From Mobula hypostoma (Eukaryota), in NCBI RefSeq assembly GCF_963921235.1, contig NC_086101.1, forward strand, positions 5,520,001 to 5,584,000: a stretch of 64,000 bases of DNA, read 5' to 3'. The position numbers and the translations under genes were made by a program. The notes under the pieces were generated by a model, which had not been told where the DNA came from, made no database searches, and saw only the letters and a program-made list of their open reading frames with translations. Positions 50,013-63,015 of this stretch are shown here, piece by piece (the stretch's first letter is position 1; every line of letters begins with the position of its first letter).

Positions 50013-50790
50013 GGCACTCAACATCAGTAAGACGAGAGAGTTGATTGTGGACTTCAGGAAGGGTAGGACGAAGGAACACATACCAATCCTCATAGAGGGA
50101 TCAGAAGTGGAGAGAGTGAGCAGTTTCAAGTTCCTGGGTCTCAAGATCTCTGAGGATCTAACCTGGTCTCAACATATTGATGCAGCTATAAAGAAGGCAA
50201 GACAGTGGCTATACTTTATTAGGAGTTTGAAGACATTTGATTTGTCTACTAAAGCACTCAAACTTCTAGAGATGTACAGTGGAGAGCATTCTGACAAAAT
50301 GTATCACTGTCTGGTATTGGGAGGTGGAGGGGGAGGTGCTACTGCAGGACTGAAAGATGCTGCAGAAGGTTGTAAATTTAGTCGGCTCCATCTTAGGAAC
50401 TAGCCTACAAAGTACCCAGGACACCTTCAGGGAGCGGTATCTCAGAAAGGCAGCGTCCATTGTTGAGGTCCCCCAGCGCCCAGGGCATGCCCTTCTCTCA
50501 CTGTTACCGACAGGTAGGAGGTACAGAAGCCTGAAGGCGCACACTCAGTGATTCAGGAACAGCTTCTTCCCCACTGTCATCCCATTCCTAAATGGACATT
50601 GAACCCGTGAACACTACCTCAGTTTTTTAACATATGTTACTTCTGTTTCTGCACAATTTTTAATCTATTCAATACACATATACTGCAAATTATTTATTTA
50701 CTTTTCTTCTATATCATGTATTACATTGAACTGCTGCTGCTAAGTTAACAAATTTCATGACACATGCTGATGATAATAAACAGGATTCTG
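50013..50790 (+). mobile_element. Rex1/Babar-like LINE 3' portion
   Basis: IVDFRKGRTKEHIPILIEGSEVERVSSFKFLGLKISEDLTWSQHID. Confidence 0.8.
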
Positions 50791-52309
50791 ATTCCGATTC
50801 TGGTATGGAAGCTGCAAGATTGGACAGTACAAACTACAGAGAGAGTCACTGGGGTGTGTGGGGGGGGGCCCCCCCCCCCCCCCGCTTGTGACATTTACCG
50901 GCTGCGTTGCAGACAAAATGCCTAAAGCATTGTTGAGGATCCTCACCCACCCGTCCCACAATCTCTCTGACCCAGACCCATCGGGAAGGAGGTACAGAGC
51001 GTCAGGACTAGGACTGCCAGACTGGGTAGAGTTCTTCCCTCAGGCTGTGAGACTAATGAATACCCTGCCGCCCCCGCAGCCTCGTCATAAGGACAGCCAG
51101 CTCTTTATTGTGCTGTGCACTACACATGCATTTTGAATTATGTTTTATTAACTGACGATGATATTTTGTTTTACGCGCTCTTTCTGATGGATGCTTTGTG
51201 GGTGCAGTGTGGTGTGGCAGATTGCTGTTTCGCTTGGTTGCACTCTATACACAGCGCGTACCGACAGATGGCAATAAACTTCGAGAAGGCTGCATCTACC
51301 ACGTTTTATGTCTCACTCTGAAGAAGCTCTGGATCAATATTAACAGATCTAACAATGCAGAATAAGGCACAACGGCAACATGGTGGAAGATCATATTGAT
51401 TTAGATTTTGAAGTCAAGGATAACTAATAATTTTGCTGAATTCCTTTCTCTGGACAGATAAGCACAAGAGATTCTGCAGATGCTGGAAACGCAAAGTAAC
51501 GCACACAAAATGCTGGAGGAACTCAGCAAATTAGGCAGCATCTATGGAGTGGAATAAACAGTGGACAATTCTGGACATGTGATTTAACGGGTGATAAAGG
51601 TAGTAAAGGAGAGCTTTGTTTGTCACTTATACATCAAGACATACAGTGAAATGTGTTGGTATGTCAACAGCCAACGTCGCCTGAGGATGTGCTGGGGCAG
51701 CCTGGGAGTGCTGCCACTCTTCCACCACCCACGTACCGTGATCACAACTTACCAACCCTAAACCGTACACATTGGCAAAGTGGGAGGAAATCGGAGCACC
51801 TGCAGGAAACCCATGCAGTCACGGAGGGAGTGTACAACCTCCCTACAGATGCGGCAGGAACTGAACACCGATCAGCGATTTCTGGTGCTGTGAAACATTA
51901 CACTAACCGCTACACCACGTAGACTGGAGTAAATTGATGCTTTTTCAGTGAAGTGACAAAGAACTGAAGTAGCATACAATCATTTCTCTGAAGGAGGTGT
52001 TTTGCAGAAACGGAATTTCAAGACAAACTAACTATTCTATCGCTTCATACAATGCAATCAGGAATGAATTTAGCTCCACGTCTGGTCCCAGAGCCAAACT
52101 CGAATAGGCTGCAAAATTGAAGCTAGTGTCAGTCTTGGCAGCTGAACAATGGCTGCTGGCATCAGAACATCATGAGCTCAGTTTAGAAGGTCAACCTTGA
52201 AGGCCAGTGTAGGGATAATAGCAGCATTTTCTGCAGTGTGGAGGAACAGAGGGATCTTGAGGTTCACATCCACAGATCCCTCTGAGCTGCCACACGAATT
52301 GACAAGACC

Positions 52310-53240
52310 TTAAGGCCACGAGGCACAGGAACTGAATTAAGCCATTCAGCCCATCGAGTCTGCTCTGCTATTCCATCATGTCTGATTTATCATCTCTCTC
52401 AACCCCTTTTCTCCTGCCTTCTCCCTGTCACCTTTGGTATCATTAATAATCAGGAATCTTATCACCCTCCGTTTTAAATATACCAAATGACTTGGCCTCC
52501 AAAGCCATCTGTGGCAATGAATTCCAGATTCACTAAACTTTGGCTGAAGAAATTCCTTCTCATCACATAGTAAATTGTGATCGTGGTTTGTGGGTGCTTC
52601 TCATCTCTGTTCTAAAGGGGCATCTTTCTAATCTAAGCCTGTGTCCTCTGGTCTTAGTCCCCTCATTACTGCAAACATCCTCTCCACATTGACTCTCTCT
52701 TGTCCTTTCAATGTTCAATAAGTTTCAATGAGATTCACGCGCCCCCCCCCCCCCGTTCTTCTAAACTCCCAGAGCCATCAAGTGCCCCTCATATGTTAAC
52801 TTTTCCATTCCTGGAATCGTTCTCATGAAACTCCTCTGGACCCTATTCAGTGCCAGCACATCCTTTCTTAGATAAGGGTCCCCAAACTGCTCACAATGCT
52901 CTAAGTGATACCTCACCAGTGTCTTATAAAAAGCCTCATCATTACATCCTTGCTTTTGTATTCTAGTCCTCTGGAAATGAATGCTAACATTGCATTTGCC
53001 TTCTTTATCACTGACTCAACCTGCAAGTTAACCTTTGGGTAACCTTAGGATACGCCTCTGGACTCGAAATTTGCTCCCCTTTAGAAAATAGTCTGTGCAG
53101 CTATTCCTTAACAGAAGTGCATGCCCATACACTTCCCAACACTATATTCCATTTGTCGCTTCTTTGCCCATTCTCTTCATCAGTATAAGTCATTCTGCAT
53201 ACTCTCTGCTTCCTCAAAACTACCTTCCCCTCTACCTATC
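52310..53240 (-). mobile_element. Degenerate CR1 3' portion
   Basis: CR1 tail plus LVRYHLEHCEQF-like remnants. Confidence 0.7.
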
Positions 53241-53778
53241 TCTGTATAATCTGCAAACCAAGTACCTCAATCAAATTGCTCTGGAGTTTGTCAATGTGAT
53301 AAAATATCACCCAACTATCTTCTCTAAGTTCCCCTTGTAATTAACAATTCTAATTTCCAAATATTTAATCGTCTGCTTCACGTGCATTCTGCAGGCCATG
53401 GTACCATCTACAACATGCACTGTGGATAACTCTGATAAAACTGCCCAAACCAGCACCTCTACCAACAATGTCAATTCCATGAGGGCCTCCCGCAGGCTTC
53501 CCTTTATAAGACCATGAGACATGGGAGTAGAATAGGGGCATTTGGCTCATCAATTCTATTCTACCATTCCATAACCTTCTCAACCCCGTTCTCCTGCCTT
53601 CTCCCTGTAACCTTTGATGTCCTGATTAGCCAAGAATCCATCAACTTCCATTTTAAATATACCAAATGACTCGGTATCCACAAACATCTGAGGCAATAAA
53701 GTCCACAGATTCACCACGCCCTGGCTAAAGAAATCCCTCCTCATCTTTGTTCTAAAGGGACATCCTTCTATTCTGAGA

Positions 53779-54203
53779 CTGTGTCCTCTGGTCCTAGACT
53801 CCCCCACTATAGGAAACATCCTCTCCACATCCACTCTATCTGTGTCCTCTGGTCCTAGACTCCCCCACTACAGGAAACATCCTCTCCACATCCACTCTAT
53901 CTGTGTCCTCTGGTCCTAGACTCCCCCACTACAGGAAACATCCTCTCCACACCCACTCTATCTGTGTCCTCTGGTCCTAGACTCTCCCACTATAGGAAAC
54001 ATCCTCTCCACATCCACTCTATCTGTGTCCTCTGGTCCTAGACTCCCCCAATACAGGAAACATCCTCTCCACATCCACTCTATCTGTGCCCTCTGGTCCT
54101 AGACTCCCCCACTACAGGAAACATCCTCTCCACATCCACTCTATCTGTGTCCTCTGTTCCTAGACTTTCCCACTATAGGAAACATCCTCTCCACATCCAC
54201 TCT
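53779..54203. repeat. CR1-derived minisatellite, 61-bp unit x7
   Basis: Units at 53779, 53840, 53901, 53962, 54023, 54084 and 54145. Confidence 0.95.
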
Positions 54204-54249
54204 TGGCCTTTCAATATTCGATAGGATTCAGTGAGATTTCTCCCCCCTC

Positions 54250-54920
54250 AAGAATCAAGGATGGACTGTATTTGCCATGTATTAGAATGTGTTGGTTCGG
54301 GTGGGACATGCAACAAAAAACAGTAACATTCAACAATTATAAAGAATAAAGATCATATAAAAATAAAGTTTGAGGTTAAAGTATGGATATTGAATAAAAT
54401 GTGCATAGGTACATAAATATCAGCATGTATTTACATTGGAAACAAGATGAGAAACAGTCTTTACAGTGCGGTCCAGTGATCAGGGTAGTAGATAGAGGGG
54501 GTGGAGGCTAACTGGAATAGTTGATCAGATTAACTGCTCGGCCGAAGAAACTTTTAACATGGTGTCGGGTTTTTGTTTCGATAGCCCTATAGCGCTTCCC
54601 AGAAGGGAGCTTTTGGAAATGGCCGTTTGCTGGGTTGGTCGTGCCCACGATGGTTTTTCCTGCCCGGACACATACAAGACCGGCAGTGATGGTAGATGTC
54701 CATCTTTCCTGCTGACCTGACAGCTCACTGAGGTTCTCGTACATTGTCAGTGGATGCTGCACGCAAACCAGACCGTAATGGCTGACGTGAGGATGCTCTC
54801 TCTGATGGGGGTGTAGAATCTCACCAGTATGTTCTGGGGAAGGTGGAAATTTACCAACTGCTGCAAGAGGAACATCCTCTGCCGGGACTTTTTAGTTAAT
54901 GGTCCTCCTACATGAGGTCC
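54250..54920 (-). mobile_element. Degenerate Rex1/Babar-like 3' portion
   Basis: NPANGHFQKLPSGKRYRAIETKTRHHVKSFF. Confidence 0.65.
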
Positions 54921-57197
54921 TGCGAAATGAGATTGAGGAATGGACTTTATTCATCCAAGTACATTGAAACGTACTGTGAAATGTGCCATGCAACATGCCC
55001 GAGGACGTGCCAGAGGCTGTCACACGTTCCGATGCCCACAATGTTTGGGAGGACAGCACAGAACACCATAAGCAACAAAACAACAGCAGCAAAACTCGCC
55101 CTGGTTGTGCTTCCCAGCCATGGGCAATCCTCCAAGACAGTCCATATTCTTTGGCTTCCAGCTCCTGGGGCCTTGCCAAGATTCGCAGACTGGAGGCTCC
55201 ATCAATACTGATACCCAGGAGCCTGAACAACGAAACAGTGCTGGCTGCAGAGTTGTTGATGATGGGTGGGTGGGTGGACAGGAGACACGTTTCTCCTGAA
55301 GTTGACGTGCATCTCTATAGGTCTGAGGGCATTGGTTGTTTCTTCAACATTGCTGGAACCCAGTCTTACAGCATCATGGTGCAGACAATGTTGACCACAG
55401 TAGTCCAAGACCGTGTCTCACTATCACTTTCTTAAGGGCAATTAGTATTGGCCATGAGTACTGGCCTGGCTAATGATGGCCTCATAGCCGTCCAAAACCC
55501 AACCGTACAGTAGTTGAAAGTAGATGTATTAACCAAGTATGTAAATGTCACCACATGCTACCCTGAGATTCATTTTCTTTCGATGTACTTACCCAAACTT
55601 GTCTTAAACACTCTCACCAACCTCTGAGTGAACAGTGTCCCCTGAGGATCTCCATAAATAACTCACCTTTCACCCTTACCCTATGAACTTCAGCATAGTC
55701 TCGCCCAACATCCGTAGGAAAAGCCTGTTGCATTTACCCTATCTATAATTTTGTCGAATCACCCCTCATTCTCCTTTGCACCAGGAAATAAAGTTCTGAC
55801 CTGTTCAACGTTTCCTTTTAACTCAGGACCTTGTTCAGCCAATATCCTTGTACATTTTCTTAGTACTCTTTCAATCTAATTGACATCTTCCCTGTAGATA
55901 GGTGATCACAACTTTGTTTTTATTTTCTTTGGGGTGACAGATGCCTCTGAGTTTTGCCTCCAATGTACTGGCATCTTGGCACAGTGAATTGTACCCCATC
56001 CAGCAGGTCACCCTAGACTGAGATACTTTGTGTAAAATTTGTATGAAATTGGACCTGCTTCTGAAACTGGGCTCCTGAAACGATCTTCTAGACGGATTCC
56101 CAATTAATAAGGAATTTGTGACCTCAGTCTTCTACATGATCTAGCTGTGAGATATTCTCCTGGCTAGACTACCTGTTACCTCTCTTTGTAACTTGGCTGG
56201 ACCTGGGCACCAGGAGAGGAATTCTTTTACTGGGTCAGGGGGCCTCATCATTCCGAACTTAAACATCATCTCTTCAAACCTGCTCAAAGTTCAAAGTAAA
56301 TTTATTATCAAAGAACACATATGTCACCATATACAACCCTGAGATTCATTTTCTGGAGGGCATTCACAGCAAATACAAGAAATATCAACAGAGTAAATGA
56401 AATACTGCACCCAACAGGACAGACAGACAACCATTGTGCAAAAGACAACAAACTGCGCAATTACAGCAAAAAACAAACAATAAATATCGAGAACATGAGA
56501 TGAAGAGTCTTTAAAAGTGAGTCCATAGGTTGTGGGAACAGTTCAGTGATGGGGTGAGTGAAGTTGAGCAAAGTTATCCCCTTGAGTTCAAGACCCTGTT
56601 GGTTGAGGGGTAATAACTGTTCCTGACGCTGGTGGTGTGGGTCCTGAGGCTCCTGCACCTCCTGTCTGATGGCAGCAGTGAGACGAGAGCGTGGCCTGGG
56701 TGGTGGGGTTCTTGTGGCTTTCCTGCGACAGCACTCTGTGCAGATGGGCTCAGTGGTGGGGAGGGCTTTACCCGTGATGGACTGGGATGTATCCATTACT
56801 GTTTTTGCTTACTTAATCTTCCTAAACAAATCTATATTCTAAGCCCAATCACACACTCAAGGTTTGAGGAACGACTTCTTCCCCTCTGCCATCAGATCTG
56901 TGAGCAGACCATCAACCCATGAACAGTACCTGACTATTTGGCTCCCTTTCATATTTCTGACTGTGACCATAAGGCATAAGAGCAGAATTAGGCCATTCGA
57001 CCCATTACGTCTGCTCTGCCATTCCTGATGATGTATTAACTCTCTCAATCTCATTCTCCTGCCTTCTCCCTGAAGCCTTTGATCCCTGTTAATTAAGGAA
57101 CTGTCTTCTTCTGCTTAAGATATACCCAGTTACTTGGCCTCCACAGCCTTTTGTGGCAATAAGTTCCACAGATTCACCACCATCTGGCTAGAGAAAT

Positions 57198-57888
57198 TAG
57201 AAACATAGAAAATAGGTGCAGGAGTAGGCCATTCGGCCCTTCGAGCCTGCACCGCCATTCAGTATGATCATGGCTGTTCATCCAACTCAGAACCCTGTAC
57301 CTGCCTTCCCTCCATACCCCCTGATCCCTTTAGCCACAAGGGCCATATCTAACTCCCTCTTAAATATAGCCAATGAACTGGCCTCAACTGTTTCCTGTGG
57401 CAGAGAATTCCACAGATTCACCACTCTCTGTGTGAAGAAGTTTTTCCTCATCTCGGTCCTAAAAGGCTTCCCTTTTATCCTCAAACTGTGACCCGTCGTT
57501 CTGGGGACTTCTCCAACATCGGGAACAATCTTCCTGCATCTAGCCTGTCCAATCCCTTTAGAATTTTATACATTTCAATAAGATCTCCCCTCAATCTTCT
57601 AAATTCCAACGAGTATAAGCCTAATCGATCCTGTCTTTCATCATATGAAAGTCCTGCCATCCCAGGAATCAATCTGGTGAACCTTCTTTGTACTCCCTCT
57701 ATGGCAAGGATGTCTTTCCTCAGATTAGGGGACCAAAACTGCACACAATACTCCAGGTGTGGTCTCACCAAGGCCTTGTACAACTGCAGTAGTACCTCCC
57801 TGCTCCTGTACTCGAATCCTCTTGCTATGAATGCCAGCATACCATTCGCCTTTTTCACCGCCTGCTGTACCTGCATGCCCACTTTCAA
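57198..57888 (-). mobile_element. Young CR1 3' end nested in an older CR1
   Basis: LKVGMQVQQAVKKANGML...; the host resumes at AAATTCCTCCTCATC. Confidence 0.9.
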
Positions 57889-58937
57889 ATTCCTCCTCAT
57901 CTCTGTTCTAAAGGGACATCCCTCTGTTCTGTGATTGTGCCCTTTGGCCCCAGATTATTGTAATTTACAGCATTTTTAATGTATTCCACCGCATTTCTGC
58001 CACAAAACAAATTTCACGGTCTTTGCCGGTGAAAACCTGACCCTGGTTCCGGGTATTTATCAGGTGGAGCAGGTTCACGGGAGACAAAAAGAGAAGTGGG
58101 AAACTGTATTTACATCTGATCAGTGCGGCTTCATTTTCCCAAGGCAGCCTGTCTGTGCTGGGTCTTTCAGATGGGCGTCACCGTGCTCAACAAGAGGCTG
58201 GGGAGAGGGCCTCCAAATGATTAGCAACAGTTTCCACCATGTTTGACCCCATATGGAAACAATATGCATCTTGGCAGCCTTGAGTATAGACTTCATGTGT
58301 CTTATTTTGGCCAGAAATGTATCGCATAATGGTCTCTGGAAACACACACAGACAGTTATTGAACACAGCAACGGATGACATCAGTCAATAATCGGGTCAG
58401 CTATACAAACTTATGACTATTCTCTGGAGAGGCTAATGTTTTACATAATTATTTCCGATGAGCTTCAACAAGTCACATCACACACCAAATATTAAAATCT
58501 ATTAGTTCTGGCGAAAGCATAGGATGATATCACCAACGCTCACGATCGGAGAACACTGCAGAAAGCTGCAAACTCAGCTAGTTCCACCAGCATCCAGGAC
58601 AACTTCAAAGGGCGATGCCTCAGAAAGGCAGCATCCATCATTGAGGACCCCCATCACCCAGGACATGCCCGCTTCTCACTGCTACCGTCAGAGAGGAGTC
58701 CGAAGACACACTCTCAACGTTTTAGGAACAACTTCTTCCCCTCCGCCATCAGATTTCTGAAATGGCAGTGAACACATGATCACTACCTCATATATGTATA
58801 TTTCTTACTTCAATTTACAGCTTTTATTATGTGTATAATTTTATTGTGTATAAGATGATGAGAGGCATTGATAGTATGGATAGTCAGAGGCTTTTCCCAG
58901 GGCTGAAATGGTTGCCACAAGAGGACACAGGTTTCAA

Positions 58938-60309
58938 GGAGTCAGTTATCAAGGATGTGATAACAGCACATTTGGAAAGCGGTGAAATCATCGGACAAAG
59001 TCAGCATGGATTTGTGAAAGGAAAATCATGTCTGACGAATCTCATAGAATTTTTTGAGGATGTCACTGGTAGAGTGGATAGGGGAGAACCAGTGGATGTG
59101 GTATATTTGGATTTTCAAAAGGCTTTTGACAAGGTCCCACACAGGAGATTAGTGTGCAAATTTAAGGCACACGGTATTGGGGGTAAGGTATTGGTGTGGG
59201 TGGAGAATTGGTTAGCAGACAGGAAGCAAAGAGTGGGAATAAACGGGACCTTTTCAGAATGGCAGGCGGTGACGAGTGGGGTACCGCAAGGCTCAGTGCT
59301 GGGACCCCAGTTGTTTACAATATATATTAATGACTTGGATGAGGGAATTAAATGCAGCATCTCCAAGTTTGCGGATGACACGAAGCTGGGTGGCAGTGTT
59401 AGCTGTGAGGAGGATGCTAAGAGGATGCAGGGTGACTTGGATAGGTTGGGTGAGTGGGCAAATTCATGGCAGATGCAATTTAATGTAGATAAATGTTAAG
59501 TTATCCACTTTGGTGGCAAAAATAGGAAAACAGATTATTATCTGAATGGTGGCCGATTAGGAAAAGGGGAGGTGCAACGAGACCTGGGTGTCATTATACA
59601 CCAGTCATTGAAAGGGGGCATGCAGGTACAGCAGGCGGTGAAAAAGGCGAATGGTATGCTGGCATTTATAGCGAGAGGATTCGAGTATAGGAGCAGGGAG
59701 GTACTACTGCAGTTGTACAAGGCCTTGGTGAGACCACACCTGGAGTATTGTGTGCAGTTTTGGTCCCCTAATCTGAGGAAAGACATCCTTGCCATAGAGG
59801 GAGTACAAAGAAGGTTCACCAGATTGATTCCTAGGATGGCAGGACTTTCATATGAAGAAAGACTGGATGAACTGGGCTTGTACTCGTTGGAATTTAGAAG
59901 ATTGAGGGGGGATCTGATTGAAATGTATAAGATCCTGAAGGGATTGGACAGGCTAGATGCAGGAAGGTTGTTCCCGATATTGGGGAAGTCCAGAATGAGG
60001 GGCCACAGTTTGAGGATAGAGGGGAAGCCTTTTAGGACCGAGATTAGGAAAAACTTCTTCACACAGAGAGTGGTGAATCTGTGGAATTCTCTGCCACAGC
60101 AAACTGTTGAGGCCAGTTCATTGGCTATGTTTAAGAGGGAGTTAGATATGGCCCTTGTGGCTACAGGGATCAGGAGGTATGGAGGGAAGGCTGGGGTGGG
60201 GTTCTGAGTTGGATGATCAGCCATGATCATAATAAATGGCGGTGCAGGCTCGAAGGGCCGAATGGCCTACTCCTGCACCTATTTTCTATGTTTCTATGTT
60301 TCTATGTTT
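58938..60309 (+). mobile_element. Young CR1 (RT with one stop) nested in an older CR1 3' end (58845-60570)
   Basis: ORFs 58831-59499 and 59572-60207; near-identical to 33648-35020. Confidence 0.95.
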
Positions 60310-61111
60310 AAGATGCTGGGGAGTAGATACAGAGGAGATGTCAGGGGTAAGTTTTTTACACAGAGAGTGGTGAGTGCGTGGAATGGGCTGCCGGCAACGA
60401 TGGTGGAGGTGGATGCGATAGGGTCTTTTAAGAGAGTTTTGGATAGCTACATGGAGCTTAGAAAAATAGAGGGTTATGGGTAAGCTAGTAATTTCTAAGG
60501 TAGGGACATGTTTGGCACAGCTTTGTGGGCTGAAGGGACTGTATTGTGCTGTAGGTTTTCTATGTTTCTATAATTATATGTTGCAACGAACTGCTGCCAC
60601 AAAACAACAAATTTCATGACCTATGCCGGGTGATATTAAACCTGATTCTGACCATCTGATTCTCACCATCTTAAAAGGCAACAGCTGAAAATAGCGTTAT
60701 CGGTCTCTGAGGACTCACATCAGCACATGCCCTCTCCTCATTGCTACCATTGGAGAGGAGGTACAGGAGCCTGAAGACACACACTCCACATTTGACAAGT
60801 TCAAGTTCAACTTTCATTCCTCTTCAGCCACACACATGAACACAGCCAAAGGAAACATCAAAATTCCAGGGCCAATACAGTACCAACAGCACAAGGCACA
60901 TGTAGCACAAATAATGATGACAGAAAACATAATCACACAAGACAATAAAATAGCCCAAGTCCCTGAGTGTCACATCTGTAGACAGATGGTGCACGAGGGC
61001 ACTGTTACCGAGAGTGCTGCCTTCTTACTGGAAGATATTTTAGGAACAGCTCCTTCATCACTGCCATCAGACTTCGGAATAGCTCATGAACCATTTGTCT
61101 TCTTTTTTTTC

Positions 61112-61890
61112 AAAGATTCAAAAAACTTTATTGTCATTCTAACCGTACATCAGCTCTGCAGGGCAGAATGAGACAGCGTTTCTCAGGAGCAGTGCAATCA
61201 TAACATAACAAACGCAACACTAAATAATAAACATATCAATAAATAGTAAAACACAACAGCCACATGTCAGTTAAAGTCAGTTATAAGTGTCCAGTGCAAG
61301 TTAAAAGTGTCCAAAGTAGAGTCAGGTGGAGCAGCTATTTAGCAGTCTGACTGCCTGTGGGAGGAAGCTGTTTAGTAGCCTTGTGGTTTTAGTTTTGATG
61401 CTCCTGTAACATTTGCCTGATGGCAGAAGAACAAACAGTTCATGGAGAGGGTGTGAGGGGTCTTTAATGATATACCGTGTCTTCTGGAGGCATCAAATCT
61501 GAAAGAGGACATGGACAGAAGGTAGGGAGACCCCAACAACCTTCTCTGCTCCCCTAACCACCCTCTGCAAGGCTTTTTTGTCGACAGCACTGCAGCTGGA
61601 GTACCAGGTTGTGATGCAAAAGGTCAGCACACTCTCAACCAGGCCTCTGTAGAAAGTGGTTAAGATGTTAGTGGGGAGTGATGCTTGTTTAAGCTTCCTC
61701 AGAAAGTGCAATCTCTGCTGGGCCCGTTTCACAATCCCAGTGGTGTTCCTGGACCAGGTGAGATTGTCCGAGATCTGCACCCCAAGGAACTTGATGTTTT
61801 CCACTCTCTCCACTGTGGAGCCGCTGATGCTGAGGGGTGTGTGCTCAGGCTGAGACCGTCTGAAATCGACGATCATCTCCTTGGTTTTGC
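61112..61890 (-). mobile_element. Rex1/Babar LINE 3' portion
   Basis: MIVDFRRSQPEHTPLSISGSTVERVENIKFLGVQISDNLTWS...AQQRLHFLRKL. Confidence 0.85.
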
Positions 61891-62276
61891 CCCATTTATA
61901 TCTCTTTTATATTTCTTATTGTAATGTATAGAAATCACTCGTGTGTTGCCTTACATTAAAAAAAATTCCATTAAGATGGCGGTTCTCTTGGGCCAAAAGG
62001 GTGGCATTATCTTTTTTAAATACATTTTTTATGATCACAAGACCCTGCTGGACATTAAGAACTTGAAGTCCTGCAACGTCTACCCCATCGGCAAGTTGCC
62101 GTTGGCAGAGAAACTGAGGGAGTTGGACTTGGTGAGAATCGTGCTGCTGCCTGTGCCAGCGAGATGCTGGAATGGGCACACGAAGGTGGTGTGCAGTCTG
62201 ACAGAGACTGGTCATCTTCGTCGTTTCTCTCGCGATCGTTAACGTGGAGTGCTGCAAGACCCACTCACAGGTTTAA

Positions 62277-63015
62277 GTCATAGTCATAGTCAGTCATACT
62301 TTATTGATCCCGGGGGAAATTGGTTTTTGTTACAGTTGCTCCATAAATAATAAATAGTAATAGAACCATAAATAGTTAAATAGTAATATGTAAATTATGC
62401 CAGTAAATTATGAAATAAGTCCAGGACCAGCCTGTTGGCTCAGGGTGTCTGACCCTCCAAGGGAGGAGTTGTAAAGTTTGATGGCCACAGGCAGGAATGA
62501 CTTCCTATGACGCTCTGTGCTGCATCTCGGTGGAATGAGTCTCTGACTGAATGTACTCCTGTGCCCACCCAGTACATTATGTAGTGGATGGGAGACATTG
62601 TCCAAGATGGCATGCAACTTGGACAGCATCCTCTTTTCAGACACCACCGTCAGAGAGTCCAGTTCCATCCCCACAACATCACTGGCCTTACGAATGAGTT
62701 TGTTGATTCTGTTGGTGTCTGCTACCCTCAGCCTGCTGCCCCAGCACACAACAGCAACCATGATCGCACTGGCCACCACAGACTCGTAGAACATCCTCAG
62801 TGTCGTCCGGCAGATGTTAAAGGACCTCAGTCTCCTCAGGAAATAGAGACGGCTCTGACCCTTCTTGCAGACAGCCTCGGTGTTCTTTGACCAGTCCAGT
62901 TTATTGTCAGTTTGTATCCCCAGGTATTTGTAATCCTCCACCATGTCCACACTGACCCTCTGGATGGAAACAGGGGTCACCGGTACCTTAGCTCTCCTCA
63001 GGTCTGCCACCAGCT
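62277..63015 (-). mobile_element. Young Rex1/Babar LINE 3' portion with a 200-aa open frame
   Basis: YKYLGIQTDNKLDWSKNTEAVCKKGQSRLYFLRRLRSF; (GACTAT)n tail. Confidence 0.9.

Noticed and set aside
58187..58335. Acceptor-like TTTCCAG followed by ETIMRY...VYTQGCQDA, faintly tetraspanin-like
   Set aside because: No partner exons, no following transmembrane segment, and the frame ends in a stop.
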